From the NCBI RefSeq assembly GCF_001194135.2, contig NC_068983.1, positions 159,715,917-159,779,916 on the forward strand: 64,000 bases of DNA, read 5' to 3'. How positions within the stretch are numbered: position 1 is the first letter of the stretch; each line of letters starts with the position of its first letter. A program made the translations under genes and the position numbers. Below are positions 28,490-39,900 of this stretch, piece by piece. The stretch is from Octopus bimaculoides (lineage: Eukaryota). The notes below the pieces were generated by a model that saw only the letters and a program-made list of their open reading frames with translations, did not search any database and was not told the DNA's origin.

Positions 28490-29400
28490 TAGTATTTCTT
28501 TTTATCGTAGGTTTTGTTAGAACTCCTAGTCTTGCATGCGTAGCGGGCTTGCTGCCTCCAGTCTACGGTACCATGCAATCTATTCATTTCAGCTATCAAA
28601 TACTTTCCTGATTATTCTGGCCGTGCCAAAGAGGCAAACGTTTTGTAACAGTTCTACTACGGACTCTATTCCGATTTCCTTTCTATTCCTCTTGATACCT
28701 TCTGATACTGTCTCCGAAGACCCAACAATAATTGGCACTATCTTCAACTTCTTCATTTTCCATAGCCAGGCTATTTCGTACTTGAGAGGGTTGTATTTAT
28801 TTATTTTTTCGCCTTCTTTCATGACTATTCGTGGGTCGAATGGATGCGCAACATCGACTATATAGAACATGTGGTGCATCTTGTCGACTACCCCTAGGTC
28901 CAGGCCTTTATTCTCTAGCACCTGATCTGTTTGGATTGGAAAATCCCAGAAGATTTGCAAGTTTCCGACTCTGCCACTCTCTGTGGTTTGTGCTCATACC
29001 TCGCCTTCCTTCTCTCTAGCTTCGATTTTTCGCACAGTTTCCAATGTAGCACTTCCGCTAATTGATCGTCTCGCCACAACTTTTAGTGGTTTTGAGCAAG
29101 TCTAGAGAAATCGTTCGTGATATGGGCAATGGTTTCAGATGCAGCACAGCGAAGGCACTTGCTCATTCCTAATGTTGGCCCTTTAATTCATGGCCAAAGC
29201 TTGGTCTTGCACCGCCAGTATAGTACTCTCAGACTCTTTTTTTCAGAGTTCTACTTCTCAGAGCCCTCGATTTCACTTGTTCTGGCTAACTTTGTAAGGG
29301 CGGACAAGATCTTTTTGTCAAGTGTCTCAGAGGGTCTCTTTCTGCGATACTTAACATGCAGGTAAAAATTTCGCTGTCCCGAATAAAGCAGTTTTCTGAG
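28490..29400 (-). mobile_element. R4/Dong-like LINE 3' fragment with 3' UTR
   Basis: ESTILAVQDQAL, VLHWKLCEK, IFWDFPIQTDQVLENKGLDL, IVDVAHPFD, EKINKYNPLKYEIAWLW, IVPIIVGS, LFGTARIIRKV. Confidence 0.85.
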
Positions 29401-29439
29401 CATGTTCCACCATCATGTTAATCTGAATTTCTCCAACAA

Positions 29440-29730
29440 CTACTAAATGACATATACTTTTTACATTGCCCACATTCACACAATCTCATCTTGTACTTCC
29501 CAATCTTCTCCAGTTGTTTATCAACTCATACAACCACAGGGATGGCTATATCTATGATCTTCGTTTCCTTCATCCTTTCTTCAGGTGCAAAAATGTCTAG
29601 TCTCCGAGCATTAATCACTGAATCATACTGTATTGTAAAATACCACTGGATCTTCTACTCATTCACTCTGATGACTTCTGGTCTAAGCTCGTGCCATTTC
29701 AATATTCTTTCAAGATCGTTCTTCTCTCAT
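29440..29730 (-). mobile_element. R4/Dong-like RLE fragment
   Basis: IQWYFTIQYDSVINARRLDI...KIIDIAIP...KIGKYK. Confidence 0.7.
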
Positions 29731-29734
29731 TATC

Positions 29735-30020
29735 TCCAGGTTTTGTTGGAACTCCTGAAGTCTCGCATGCGTAGCGAGTTTGCTACCTGCAGCCTACTTT
29801 ACCATGCTATCCGTTCTTTTCAACTCTCTAATACTTTCCTGATTATTCTGGCCGTGCCAAAGAGCAAACCATTTGTAGCAGTTCTACTGGACACTCTATT
29901 CCAATTTTCTTTCTATTCCTCTTGATGCCTTCTGATACTGTCCTCAAGGAACCAACAATAATTGGCACTATCTTCACCTTCATTTTCCATAGCCGGGCTA
30001 TTTCGTACTAGAGAGGGTCA
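29735..30020 (-). mobile_element. R4/Dong-like extreme 3' end (same family as 28490-28800)
   Basis: Near-identical to 28510-28780 (aatactttcctgattattctggccgtgccaaagag...aacaataattggcactatcttc). Its 5' truncation abuts (TAT)n. Confidence 0.8.
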
Positions 30021-30024
30021 TATT

Positions 30025-30054
30025 TATCTATTATTATTATTATTATTATTATTA

Positions 30055-30086
<32 letters not shown>

Positions 30087-30108
30087 GTTATTGTTATTAT
30101 TATTATTA

Positions 30109-30140
<32 letters not shown>

Positions 30141-30305
30141 GTTATTATTATTATTGATATCCTCCTCCCTTCCACCCCTCCTCTTCATCCTCTACCTCCT
30201 GTACCTCCTCTTCTTCCTCCTCCTCCTCCTCCTCCTCCTCCTCCTCATCATCATCATCGTCATCATCACCACCACAAGCAGCAGCAGCAGCAGCAGCAGC
30301 AGTAT
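30025..30305. repeat. Compound (TAT)n(CCT)n(CAT)n(GCA)n microsatellite
   Basis: Direct reading. Confidence 0.95.
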
Positions 30306-32235
30306 AACCTCATCAACTATTGTTATTTAGAAGTTGCAATATGTGTTAAGCGATTTCTGTCATTGTAAATTCTGCACTTTCTTTTGTATAATGCTGTAGA
30401 CGTATCTATATTGCTGATTAAATTTATTATAAGCTTTTAGTATATAATATCAGACATTAACTCAGATGCTCTTGGTGTCCTCCAGGTGTAACGCAATTTT
30501 CTTTTACAAAAGGCTAAAGTAAATACAAATATCAATTAAATTGAGAATTTACAAATAATTAGATATTGCTTAAAACTTTAAAAAAAAAAATTAAAAAAAA
30601 AACATGAAATGCATTTTTCTTCAATAATGTTTCGATGATTCATAGTAATTTTCAACTTCCTGACGCCTGTTGTAAAAGAAAATAAAAAAGTCCTTTGCTT
30701 TAGAAAGAACTATATAATTGCCTTGTTGATGAGAAAGTCAACTTCTCGCAGATATATTGTTTAATTAATTTTGCATTAAATTTCATGTAAACACTCCATG
30801 ATCAGACCTGCGAAGTTATTCAATAAATACAGATCTAATGAACAATTTTACTATTAGTTGCTAACAATGCAGTTCAGCTTTGTCAAATCAATAATAGATT
30901 TTATCTTTTTTTATTCTTTCTTATTGGGAATATCATTAGTTAATGTTTAGACGGCGCCACAATTTTTTAACAATGAATTGAGTGAAACTATTCAGCTATC
31001 ATAATGGACAGTATATTGTCTAGCGTAACTCTGCGACACTACTCAAACTCCAATCTGTGATATTTCTCGTTCGAGTATGTAGTTAAATTATCTTAAATAA
31101 ATTTACAATGTCGCACCTGAAAGTTTATGTTTCATTGATGTATTTTAAACGCTATAATCTTTATATCTTGTAATCACATGCTTCTTCCAGAATTTAACAT
31201 AAAACTAATTTTAAGATTTAACCCACTTATAGCAAATTAATCCACCAGTTTAATACTTATTAGTTAATTTTATTTTTGATTTGTTATTGCATTTTTTTTC
31301 ATCTTAACATTGAACCTTGCAAATGTTTTGTTATTTCAAATTACAAAATATGTTCATCTAATTAAGTTACTTTGTTGGTACTGCTATCTTTATAACAATG
31401 TTTGGGTAAAAACTGTGCAACAAGAAATATCTGTGGTAACTATCTGATGTAAATAATAAAGAAAAAAATATGTCTTAAGCAGATCTGCGAAATCTGAAAC
31501 TTTTTGAAGCCACCCGAACTATTAGATAAACGTGATTTATATATATATATATATATATATATCTTGCGAACCTGGTAAAATACACAATTCGTCTAGAGAA
31601 AAAGAGCATGAAATAGTTGTACGTATTGGATTAATCATCAGATATTAGTAGATACTTTGTAATTTAGAATTTGATAATGAGAGACAACGCAGCAGATATT
31701 TAGAAAGGATATATGTATTTTAAAATACGGAAATTGATAAAACTTTTAACATAACTAAGCCACTACGCAAAAATTCATTTTCTAAGGTTGCTGTGGTTTA
31801 GCTGTTCGAACACAGCAATAATCCAAGGCATTCTAGCAATGATCACTCTGTCTATTCTTAGACTTCATTTCAGGCGACATTATGCAAGATGTCTTTCCAT
31901 TTTTTTAAAGACGGTTAAGAAGGAGATCTGGCTGCTGTTTCTTGCAGATCAAAATACGTAAATACCTTCTTATTTGTCATTTTTCAAAATCTTTGTTGCG
32001 TAACTCCAAGTCAGCTTTGATCGGTTTATACATACATGCTAAGACCATCCCATGTTTATCCAGGAATTTTGTGTTGCTGACTGCAATATTTAACTTGCCC
32101 ATCTTAAGAAGCTAAAATGTGATTTGGAAGAGATTTGTCTACTAATCCTTGAAGTCCGTGACACCACGCAGATATCACATCGTAAATTCACCTTTGCTTT
32201 CTATTTTGCAAAGCTATCTTGCAACATGAAATAGT

Positions 32236-32450
32236 CATCGTTTCTTTGTTTCAGTCACTGGACTGCGTCCATGCTGGGGCACCGCTTTGAAGGCTTTTTA
32301 GTCGGACGAATGAGTCCAAGGCCAAATTGTTTTTCAAAGTTTGGTATTTAATCTCTCGGTCTCGTTTTTTGCCGAATCGCCAAATTACGTGGACGATAAC
32401 AAATAAACGTCAGCTGCGAAGCAGTTGCAGGGGACAAACCCAGACACATA
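32236..32450 (-). mobile_element. SINE family A, 3' half
   Basis: tgtttcagtcactggactgcgtccatgctggggcaccgc...ttttgccgaatcgcc matches 1317-1500. A second short tail fragment lies at about 32612-32712. Confidence 0.8.
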
Positions 32451-32482
32451 CATGCATACACACATACACACAGACACACAGA

Positions 32483-32580
<98 letters not shown>

Positions 32581-32581
32581 G

Positions 32582-32616
<35 letters not shown>

Positions 32617-33803
32617 CTTTTGCTTGTTTCAGTTCTGAGATTGCGACCACCTTGAAGAATTTTTGATCGAATGAACCCATCCCAGTATTTTTGTTATTTT
32701 TTACACTTGGTACTTATTATTACTCGACGTTTTAGGCACTGAGCAATTCCTCTCTTTACACTGTATAGATGGTGGGAACTGAAATTGAAGTATCGTCTAG
32801 TGAAGGTCGGCTGGCGGTATAAGGATGTCCTGAATCCATACTTCGTGCATGTAATTAATACGTTCAACTAGCATTCCTGGACGTATTAATAACACACGCC
32901 AAGTATGGATTCAGGACATCCGTATACCGCAAGCCGACTTCACTGGACGATACCTCAACTTCAATTCCCACTATCCATACAGTGTAAAGAGAGGGATTGC
33001 TCAGTACCTAAAACATCGAACATAGAATATGAGTAGCGATCGTGATACGCACCACGAAGAAATGATCAAGCTCAATAACAATCTGTTAAGCAACAACTAC
33101 CCCAAACGTATGCTATCCATTCCAGTTATGAAGAAAAGAGAGGATGAAACCAATATACTGTCCACAGACTGTCTACCCTATGTGNNNNNNNNNNNNNNNN
33201 NNNNNNNNNNNNNNNNNNNNNNNNNNNNNNNNNNNNNNNNNNNNNNNNNNNNNNNNNNNNNNNNNNNNNNNNNNNNNNNNNNNNNNNNNNNNNNNNNNNN
33301 NNNNNNNNNNNNNNNNNNNNNNNNNNNNNNNNNNNNNNNNNNNNNNNNNNNNNNNNNNNNNNNNNNNNNNNNNNNNNNNNNNNNNNNNNNNNNNNNNNNN
33401 NNNNNNNNNNNNNNNNNNNNNNNNNNNNNNNNNNNNNNNNNNNNNNNNNNNNNNNNNNNNNNNNNNNNNNNNNNNNNNNNNNNNNNNNNNNNNNNNNNNN
33501 NNNNNNNNNNNNNNNNNNNNNNNNNNNNNNNNNNNNNNNNNNNNNNNNNNNNNNNNNNNNNNNNNNNNNNNNNNNNNNNNNNNNNNNNNNNNNNNNNNNN
33601 NNNNNNNNNNNNNNNNNNNNNNNNNNNNNNNNNGAACACCACTGGGAAATACGAAAACTAAAAAAAGCAGCACATATGCTAGGACACAACAACCTCCTAA
33701 GCAGATCGAGTGCAGATATGAATAGCATATGGGAACCGGTATTAAGGAAAGATAGGAAAATATTAGATTTATAAGCCCTAAAATTCACTTCATAACTACC
33801 CAC

Positions 33804-33876
33804 GGGCATATGGGGTAGTAGTTAAGAGCACGGGCTACTAACCCCAAGATTCCGAGTTCGATTCCAGGCAGTGACC
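33804..33876 (+). promoter_or_regulatory. tRNA-like segment with Pol III box A/box B inside the PLE 3' module
   Basis: Box A-like tggggtagtagttaag, anticodon-arm-like ggg-ctactaa-ccc, box B gagttcgattcc. The acceptor stem does not pair, so it is not a tRNA gene. Confidence 0.7.
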
Positions 33877-33956
33877 AGAATAATAATAATAATAATAATA
33901 ATAACAACATCGAAAAATACGTTAGGATTGGGAACCCGGGTTCGAAATTTCCCCAA

Positions 33957-34002
33957 GACACCTGATGAAAGCTGGAGGGTATATCAGCCGAAACTTTGTG
34001 TT
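33957..34002 (+). ncRNA. Hammerhead-like motif (PLE 3' module copy 2)
   Basis: gacac-CTGATGA-a-agctg(gagggtatat)cagcc-GAAA-ct-TT-gtgtt. Confidence 0.6.
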
Positions 34003-34100
34003 AACAACAAGATGAGGACAAATATCCGTCAAATGTATTTATATACGTTACGAATACATATACCTATATAGCGGCGCAATCTCACGACTGAAACAAGCAG

Positions 34101-34133
<33 letters not shown>

Positions 34134-34149
34134 GTGTGTGTGTGTGTGT

Positions 34150-34268
34150 GTGCATGTATGTGTTTTTCTAGTTTGTCCCCTACAACTGCTTCACAGCCGA
34201 TATTTCTTTGTTGTCGTCCACGTAATTTTAGCGATTCAGCAAAAAACGAGACCGATATTTTAAATACC
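34150..34268 (+). mobile_element. SINE family A fragment ending at the Tc1 left TIR
   Basis: gtttgtcccctacaactgc...tagcgattcagcaaaaaacgagaccgat...aaatacc, then the TIR. Confidence 0.7.
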
Positions 34269-34270
34269 AA

Positions 34271-35540
34271 CAGGAGTTGGACAAAGTAATGGAAACACCT
34301 AGCATCATAGCATCATAATTTTGAAATATCTATAAAACCATCAAAAGCTTGTTTATTTTATGTTTTTGATTTATTATTAGTGTTGCTTAATATGTTTTGC
34401 TAAAATTGCTGTTTCCTTTCAGATATCATCAGATAAAGGTAATTAAAATTCATTAAAATAACATATCTATCAGACTTTCATAGAGGTCAAATTGTTGGTG
34501 CTCGTATGACAGGGGATAGCGTAACGAAAACAGCTGAAATGCTTGGTGTATCAAGAAGTACTGTCTCAAAAATAATGACAGCCTTTGAGAAAGAGGGAAA
34601 AACCTCGTTGTCGAAACAAAACTCCAGAAGAAAACGAAAACTTTCAGATAGGGACCGTAGGACTCTTACGCGAATTGTTAGAAAGGATCACAAAAGTACA
34701 GCTCCCAAAATTATTGCAGAGCTTAGTGACCACCTCGAGAACACAGTTTTCAGAAAAACTGTTCGCCGGGAGCTTCACAAAGCCAGATTTCACAGGAGAA
34801 CTGCAATCAGAAAGCCACTACTTTCAAAAACAAACGTTGCAAACCGTTTGGAGTGGAGTAAAATCTACAGAATTGGTCCCTAGAGCAGTAGAAGAATGTT
34901 ATTTTCTCGGACGAATCATCTTTTACCTTATTTCCGACCACCGGCTGAGAATACGTGTGGAGACAGCTAAACGAGGCATTTGACCCAGACTACCTTCTTC
35001 CAACTGTTAAACACGGAGGAGGATCTGTAATAATTTGGGGGACTATATCTTGGAAATTCGCTGGCCCAATGGTTTTCCTTCATGGCAGAATGAATAGTCA
35101 AGACTATTTAAGCATTTTATCTGATCAAATTCATCCTATGGTTGCGGAATTGTTTCCGGAGTGAAACGCAATCTTTCAGGATGATAATGTACCAATTTAC
35201 ACGGCTAAAGTTAATACTGAATGAAACGAGGAACATTCTAGTGAAGTTGACCATCTTATCTGGTCACCACAGTCCCCAGATCTCAATATTATTGAACATT
35301 TATGGTGTATTTTAGAAAAACAAGTAAGGAGTCGATATCTTCTACCATCATCACTACAAGAGCTGGAGACTGTTTTAGCTGAAGTATAGACAAAAATTCT
35401 TTTGGAAACAATTCAAACTTTGTATGAGCCTATACCTCGTAGAATTCAAGCTGTAATTACTGCTAAATATGGTCCTACCTCATATTAAAATAAATTTGTT
35501 TGAAATTTTAAGGTGTCTCCATTATTTTGTCCAGCCTCTG
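34271..35540 (+). mobile_element. Near-full-length Tc1-family transposon (DD34E), pseudogenised
   Basis: TIRs caggagttggacaaagtaatggaaacacct (34271-34300) and aggtgtctccattattttgtccagcctctg-TA (35511-35540). Transposase motifs GQIVGAR, GVSRSTVS, FSDES, TVKHGGGSVIIWG, FQDDN, SPDLNIIEHLW; several stops. Confidence 0.95.
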
Positions 35541-35969
35541 TACATATTGAAAGAGGTCGTAACTTAATTTTTTTTCTTATTTTGTTTTCATTCAGACTTC
35601 CACTTTTTACACCAATCTTCTACTCGCTTTTTCTCGTGGTTTCTCGTGTACCAACATCCTGATTCTCAAATAGCAAAGACCATGTGTTCAGAACCTGTAG
35701 GTTGCTTGGAAACACAAGGCGCGTTATTAGAATCTGCCTAACTTCATGTCTTCAGAGCAAGAAACTATCGGTAGCCCTTACATACAGACACAGAAATACA
35801 CACACACACACACACTGAAAATTTACACGTAAGCATAGGAATACTGAGAGCTACAAATATACCCCGCTAGGTGTGGTCACAAATATTTATACACGCATGC
35901 ACAAACACAAACACAGACACTCACATGTACAAATATACAATACACACAAGCATGTATATATATATACAT

Positions 35970-36004
<35 letters not shown>

Positions 36005-36871
36005 NNNNNNNNNNNNNNNNNNNNNNNNNNNNNNNNNNNNNNNNNNNNNNNNNNNNNNNNNNNNNNNNNNNNNNNNNNNNNNNNNNNNNNNNNNNNNNNN
36101 NNNNNNNNNNNNNNNNNNNNNNNNNNNNNNNNNNNNNNNNNNNNNNNNNNNNNNNNNNNNNNNNNNNNNNNNNNNNNNNNNNNNNNNNNNNNNNNNNNNN
36201 NNNNNNNNNNNNNNNNNNNNNNNNNNNNNNNNNNNNNNNNNNNNNNNNNNNNNNNNNNNNNNNNNNNNNNNNNNNNNNNNNNNNNNNNNNNNNNNNNNNN
36301 NNNNNNNNNNNNNNNNNNNNNNNNNNNNNNNNNNNNNNNNNNNNNNNNNNNNNNNNNNNNNNNNNNNNNNNNNNNNNNNNNNNNNNNNNNNNNNNNNNNN
36401 NNNNNNNNNNNNNNNNNNNNNNNNNNNNNNNNNNNNNNNNNNNNNNNNNNNNNNNNNNNNNNNNNNNNNNNNNNNNNNNNNNNNNNNNNNNNNNNNNNNN
36501 NNNNNNNNNNNNNNNNNNNNNNNNNNNNNNNNNNNNNNNNNNNNNNNNNNNNNNNNNNNNNNNNNNNNNNNNNNNNNNNNNNNNNNNNNNNNNNNNNNNN
36601 NNNNNNNNNNNNNNNNNNNNNNNNNNNNNNNNNNNNNNNNNNNNNNNNNNNNNNNNNNNNNNNNNNNNNNNNNNNNNNNNNNNNNNNNNNNNNNNNNNNN
36701 NNNNNNNNNNNNNNNNNNNNNNNNNNNNNNNNNNNNNNNNNNNNNNNNNNNNNNNNNNNNNNNNNNNNNNNNNNNNNNNNNNNNNNNNNNNNNNNNNNNN
36801 NNNNNNNNNNNNNNNNNNNNNNNNNNNNNNNNNNNNNNNNNNNNNNNNNNNNNNNNNNNNNNNNNNNNNNN
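36005..36871. other. Largest assembly gap (N run)
   Basis: N run. Other gaps at about 3045, 27290, 33185, 38538, 39995, 45078, 53758, 61517, 62272 and 63958, most of them flanked by microsatellites. Confidence 1.
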
Positions 36872-36945
36872 ACATTTTAAAACAGACGACCGCATTAATT
36901 GCACACTATTTCTGCTGCAACTTGAACTGCCTGTTGCGTCTGATC

Positions 36946-36993
<48 letters not shown>

Positions 36994-37084
36994 CTGTGTG
37001 TGGGCTTGCGTTTGTGTGTGTGAGTGTGTTCGCTCGCGTGTTTGTATGTATGTGTGCTCGTGCGTGTGTGTGTTTGTGTGTGCA

Positions 37085-37530
37085 GCCGCCATCATCATTG
37101 CCTTGCGCCCGGTGTTTTGTGTCAAAACGCAGGCTTGAACGATGTGCGCTCTCATCGCCATATTGCCACCGCCTGGCAACTGTTGTAGTCACACCGACAC
37201 GTCGTCGGCAAAGCCGTTCACAAATGCCAGTCGCGCTACTTTCTCAAGTCCCTCACCGGTAAGAGCAGACGACACGACCAGCCTCCGTACCTCTACAGCG
37301 TATTCTTCGACCTGTTCCCCTCTCCATCTGATCGTTCCCAGCTTAGTAAAAGCGGCGTATTCTCCATCTGTGTAAGCCTCCGTCAAGTGCTGCTTGATCT
37401 TCGCCGCGCTCAGCTTTTCTTCTTCATCCATTTCGAGGTACAGTGCCAGCGCACTCCCCTGCAAATACAAGGCCACGAGGCTCGTTACATCTTCGATGCC
37501 TTGTAGCCTGGCCACAACTTTGACCTTTCG
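37085..37530 (-). mobile_element. Ty3/Gypsy-like gag fragment
   Basis: VARLQGIEDVTSLVALYLQGSALALYLEMDEEEK...IKQHLTEAYTDGEYAAFTKL..IRWRGEQVEEYAVEVRRLV...[14 protein letters not shown]; locally raised GC. Confidence 0.75.
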
Positions 37531-38199
37531 AATTCAGGCTACTTGCGGAAATAGCTTGTCGTGCGTGGGAAATGAAAAGAGATACATCTACCTTCCTCTC
37601 TCGTCTGCGCCCGTCTAGCAGTATTCACTCTGACGATCCTGCCCTACACTGTCACTCAGTATAAGCAGCTACTATCTCACCAACCCAAGAGGGAATTCCC
37701 TCCCGTCCGTGTGCGATGCTTCGGCCAGCCAAAAGAGGACAACCCTGTCCTGCGCCGCCCGCACTTCCCTTCTCACGCTTATTCTTCCGGTCAGTCCCTT
37801 GACAATTGACGTCATGGCTCTTTTCTTCCGGCTAATCCCCATTCTATTATAGCCCAGGATAACCTATATTTTCTTTGTCTTTTAATTAGATGCTTTACGT
37901 CACTGGCTACTGATGTGGAATTGCTATGCTGTTTATATTTTAAATGAGCTTAAATGTGCAGAATATCTTTGTTCGAAAATCAGTGGTTGATCTCATATAG
38001 TAGCTATTGGAGTTATTTAATATGTTGTAGACGGTGCAGGGGTATATCACTTGAATCTTCTGCATTGGGCTTGCAGCGAGCAGACGGTCCTAGAACTACA
38101 GTTGCAGCTATCTGTTCTAAGATGGTCAGTTGGAGAGAGGGATGAAGTAGTGCTATTTGTAGACAAGTGAAAGGCTAGGGTTGTATTAGGTGACTGGTT

Positions 38200-38340
38200 C
38201 ATCTTATTGTTGTTATCATTGTTGTAGTTATTGCTATCATCATTATCACCGCCACCATTACCATTATTATTATTATTATTATTATTATTACCGCTATTAT
38301 TGTTGCCTCCATCGCTATTATAATTATTACTATGATTATT

Positions 38341-38375
<35 letters not shown>

Positions 38376-38500
38376 CATTATTAATATTATTATTATTATC
38401 ATTATTATTATTATTATTATTATCATTATTATTATTATTATTATTATCATTATTATTATTATTATCATTATCATTATTATTATTATCATTATCATTATTA

Positions 38501-38537
<37 letters not shown>
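38200..38537. repeat. Long (TAT/CAT)n array running into a gap
   Basis: Direct reading. Confidence 0.95.
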
Positions 38538-38914
38538 NNNNNNNNNNNNNNNNNNNNNNNNNNNNNNNNNNNNNNNNNNNNNNNNNNNNNNNNNNNNNNN
38601 NNNNNNNNNNNNNNNNNNNNNNNNNNNNNNNNNNNNNNNNNNNNNNNNNNNNNNNNNNNNNNNNNNNNNNNNNNNNNNNNNNNNNNNNNNNNNNNNNNNN
38701 NNNNNNNNNNNNNNNNNNNNNNNNNNNNNNNNNNNNNNNNNNNNNNNNNNNNNNNNNNNNNNNNNNNNNNNNNNNNNNNNNNNNNNNNNNNNNNNNNNNN
38801 NNNNNNNNNNNNNNNNNNNNNNNNNNNNNNNNNNNNNNNNNNNNNNNNNNNNNNNNNNNNNNNNNNNNNNNNNNNNNNNNNNNNNNNNNNNNNNNNNNNN
38901 NNNNNNNNNNNNNN

Positions 38915-39080
38915 TAGATTCCACATTCGAGTTACCTCTATTTCCAGGTCTTTGAATTTTGAAAGTTTTTCCATTTCTTTTAGAGAAACGTTGTCATCTG
39001 CTGGTATTGATACATCAATTAGAAAGCATTTTTTTTCTTCATGATCTTTGACAACTATATCTGGTCTATTTGCCTTAATT
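38915..39080 (-). mobile_element. R4/Dong-like RLE fragment
   Basis: IVKDHEEKKCFLIDVSIPADDNVSLKEMEKLSKFKDLEIEVTRMWNL. Confidence 0.85.
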
Positions 39081-39103
39081 TCTCTATCTGTGTGTATTAT
39101 TGT

Positions 39104-39137
<34 letters not shown>

Positions 39138-39138
39138 T

Positions 39139-39186
<48 letters not shown>

Positions 39187-39198
39187 TGCAGCAGCAGC

Positions 39199-39244
<46 letters not shown>

Positions 39245-39300
39245 CTAGTAGTGGTGGTGGTATTGGTATTATCATTAGTATTATTGCTAATATTATTAAT
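39104..39300. repeat. Compound (TAT)n(AGC)n(AGT)n microsatellite
   Basis: Direct reading. Confidence 0.95.
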
Positions 39301-39349
39301 AGTTGTAGTAGAAGTGTTAGTGGCTGTAGTGGTTATGGTAGAGTTAGTA

Positions 39350-39900
39350 TTGTTTGTATCAGTGTTCCTATTAATACTACCGTTGGTTTCAACTCTGCGC
39401 CCAGCTCCCTCGGAGGCGTGAATTATGTTATCTAGGTTTAAGTTGTTTAAAGTGTTAGGGCCAGGGATGTTGGTTATGTTATTGCGAGCGGTGTTAGCGT
39501 TTTCGTTGCATAGATCTATGTTAGGGTTGTATGCATTTAGATAGTAAGAATTAAGTTTACGTTTATTAGATGAGGTGATAATAGATTCTATATTTGGTGT
39601 AGGAATAGGATAGAGTAAACTATTTTAGAGAATGCTTTAGCAAGGCCTTTAATATTCAAAGCAAATGGGAGTGTACACCAGAGAAATGATCTCCAACCAT
39701 TTATATTAGGTAAATTTTGGGAAGTGTAATTCCTTCTATATGTAAGAGGAGAGTTGCAGGGTTTGATGCTAGTATTCTTAGATCGAGTGTTATGCGTGTG
39801 GGTGCTAGGCGGGAAAGATTGTCTAACTATAGTGGGAGGGTATGGGTATCCAGTATATGGGCGTGCCCGTAAAGGGTTTAGTTTAAAGATGTCTTCTTTG
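39350..39900 (-). mobile_element. Decayed Penelope-like fragment (RT-GIY-YIG linker, different subfamily)
   Basis: SFLWCTLPFALNIKGLAKAFSKI and LSYS.TPNIESIITSSNKRKL resemble the PLE linker WFNPPFS.NV.TN.GK.FL..SYSC.PN..SIISSHN. Confidence 0.55.

Larger units (their letters stand above)
32724..34050 (+). mobile_element. 5'-truncated Penelope-like element (RT C-terminus, gap, GIY-YIG end, 3' module) with inverted 5' segment
   Basis: GFRTSVYRKPTSLDDT../YLNFNSHYPYSVKRGIAQYLKHR..SSDRDTHHEEMIKLNNNLLSNNYPKRML matches the PLE RT thumb region. After the gap: EHHWEIRKLKK..NNLLSRSSADMNSIWEPVL. Confidence 0.85.

Noticed and set aside
33804-33876. Possible tRNA gene (apparent anticodon ACT)
   Set aside because: Acceptor and T stems do not pair, and the segment is embedded in a repeat module; treated as a tRNA-derived promoter. 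The same applies to the SINE heads at 41040, 46100 and 51040.
39041-39421. ORF resembling a signal peptide plus poly-Ala/poly-Val membrane protein
   Set aside because: Entirely a compound (TAT)(AGC)(AGT) microsatellite plus a PLE relic on the other strand.
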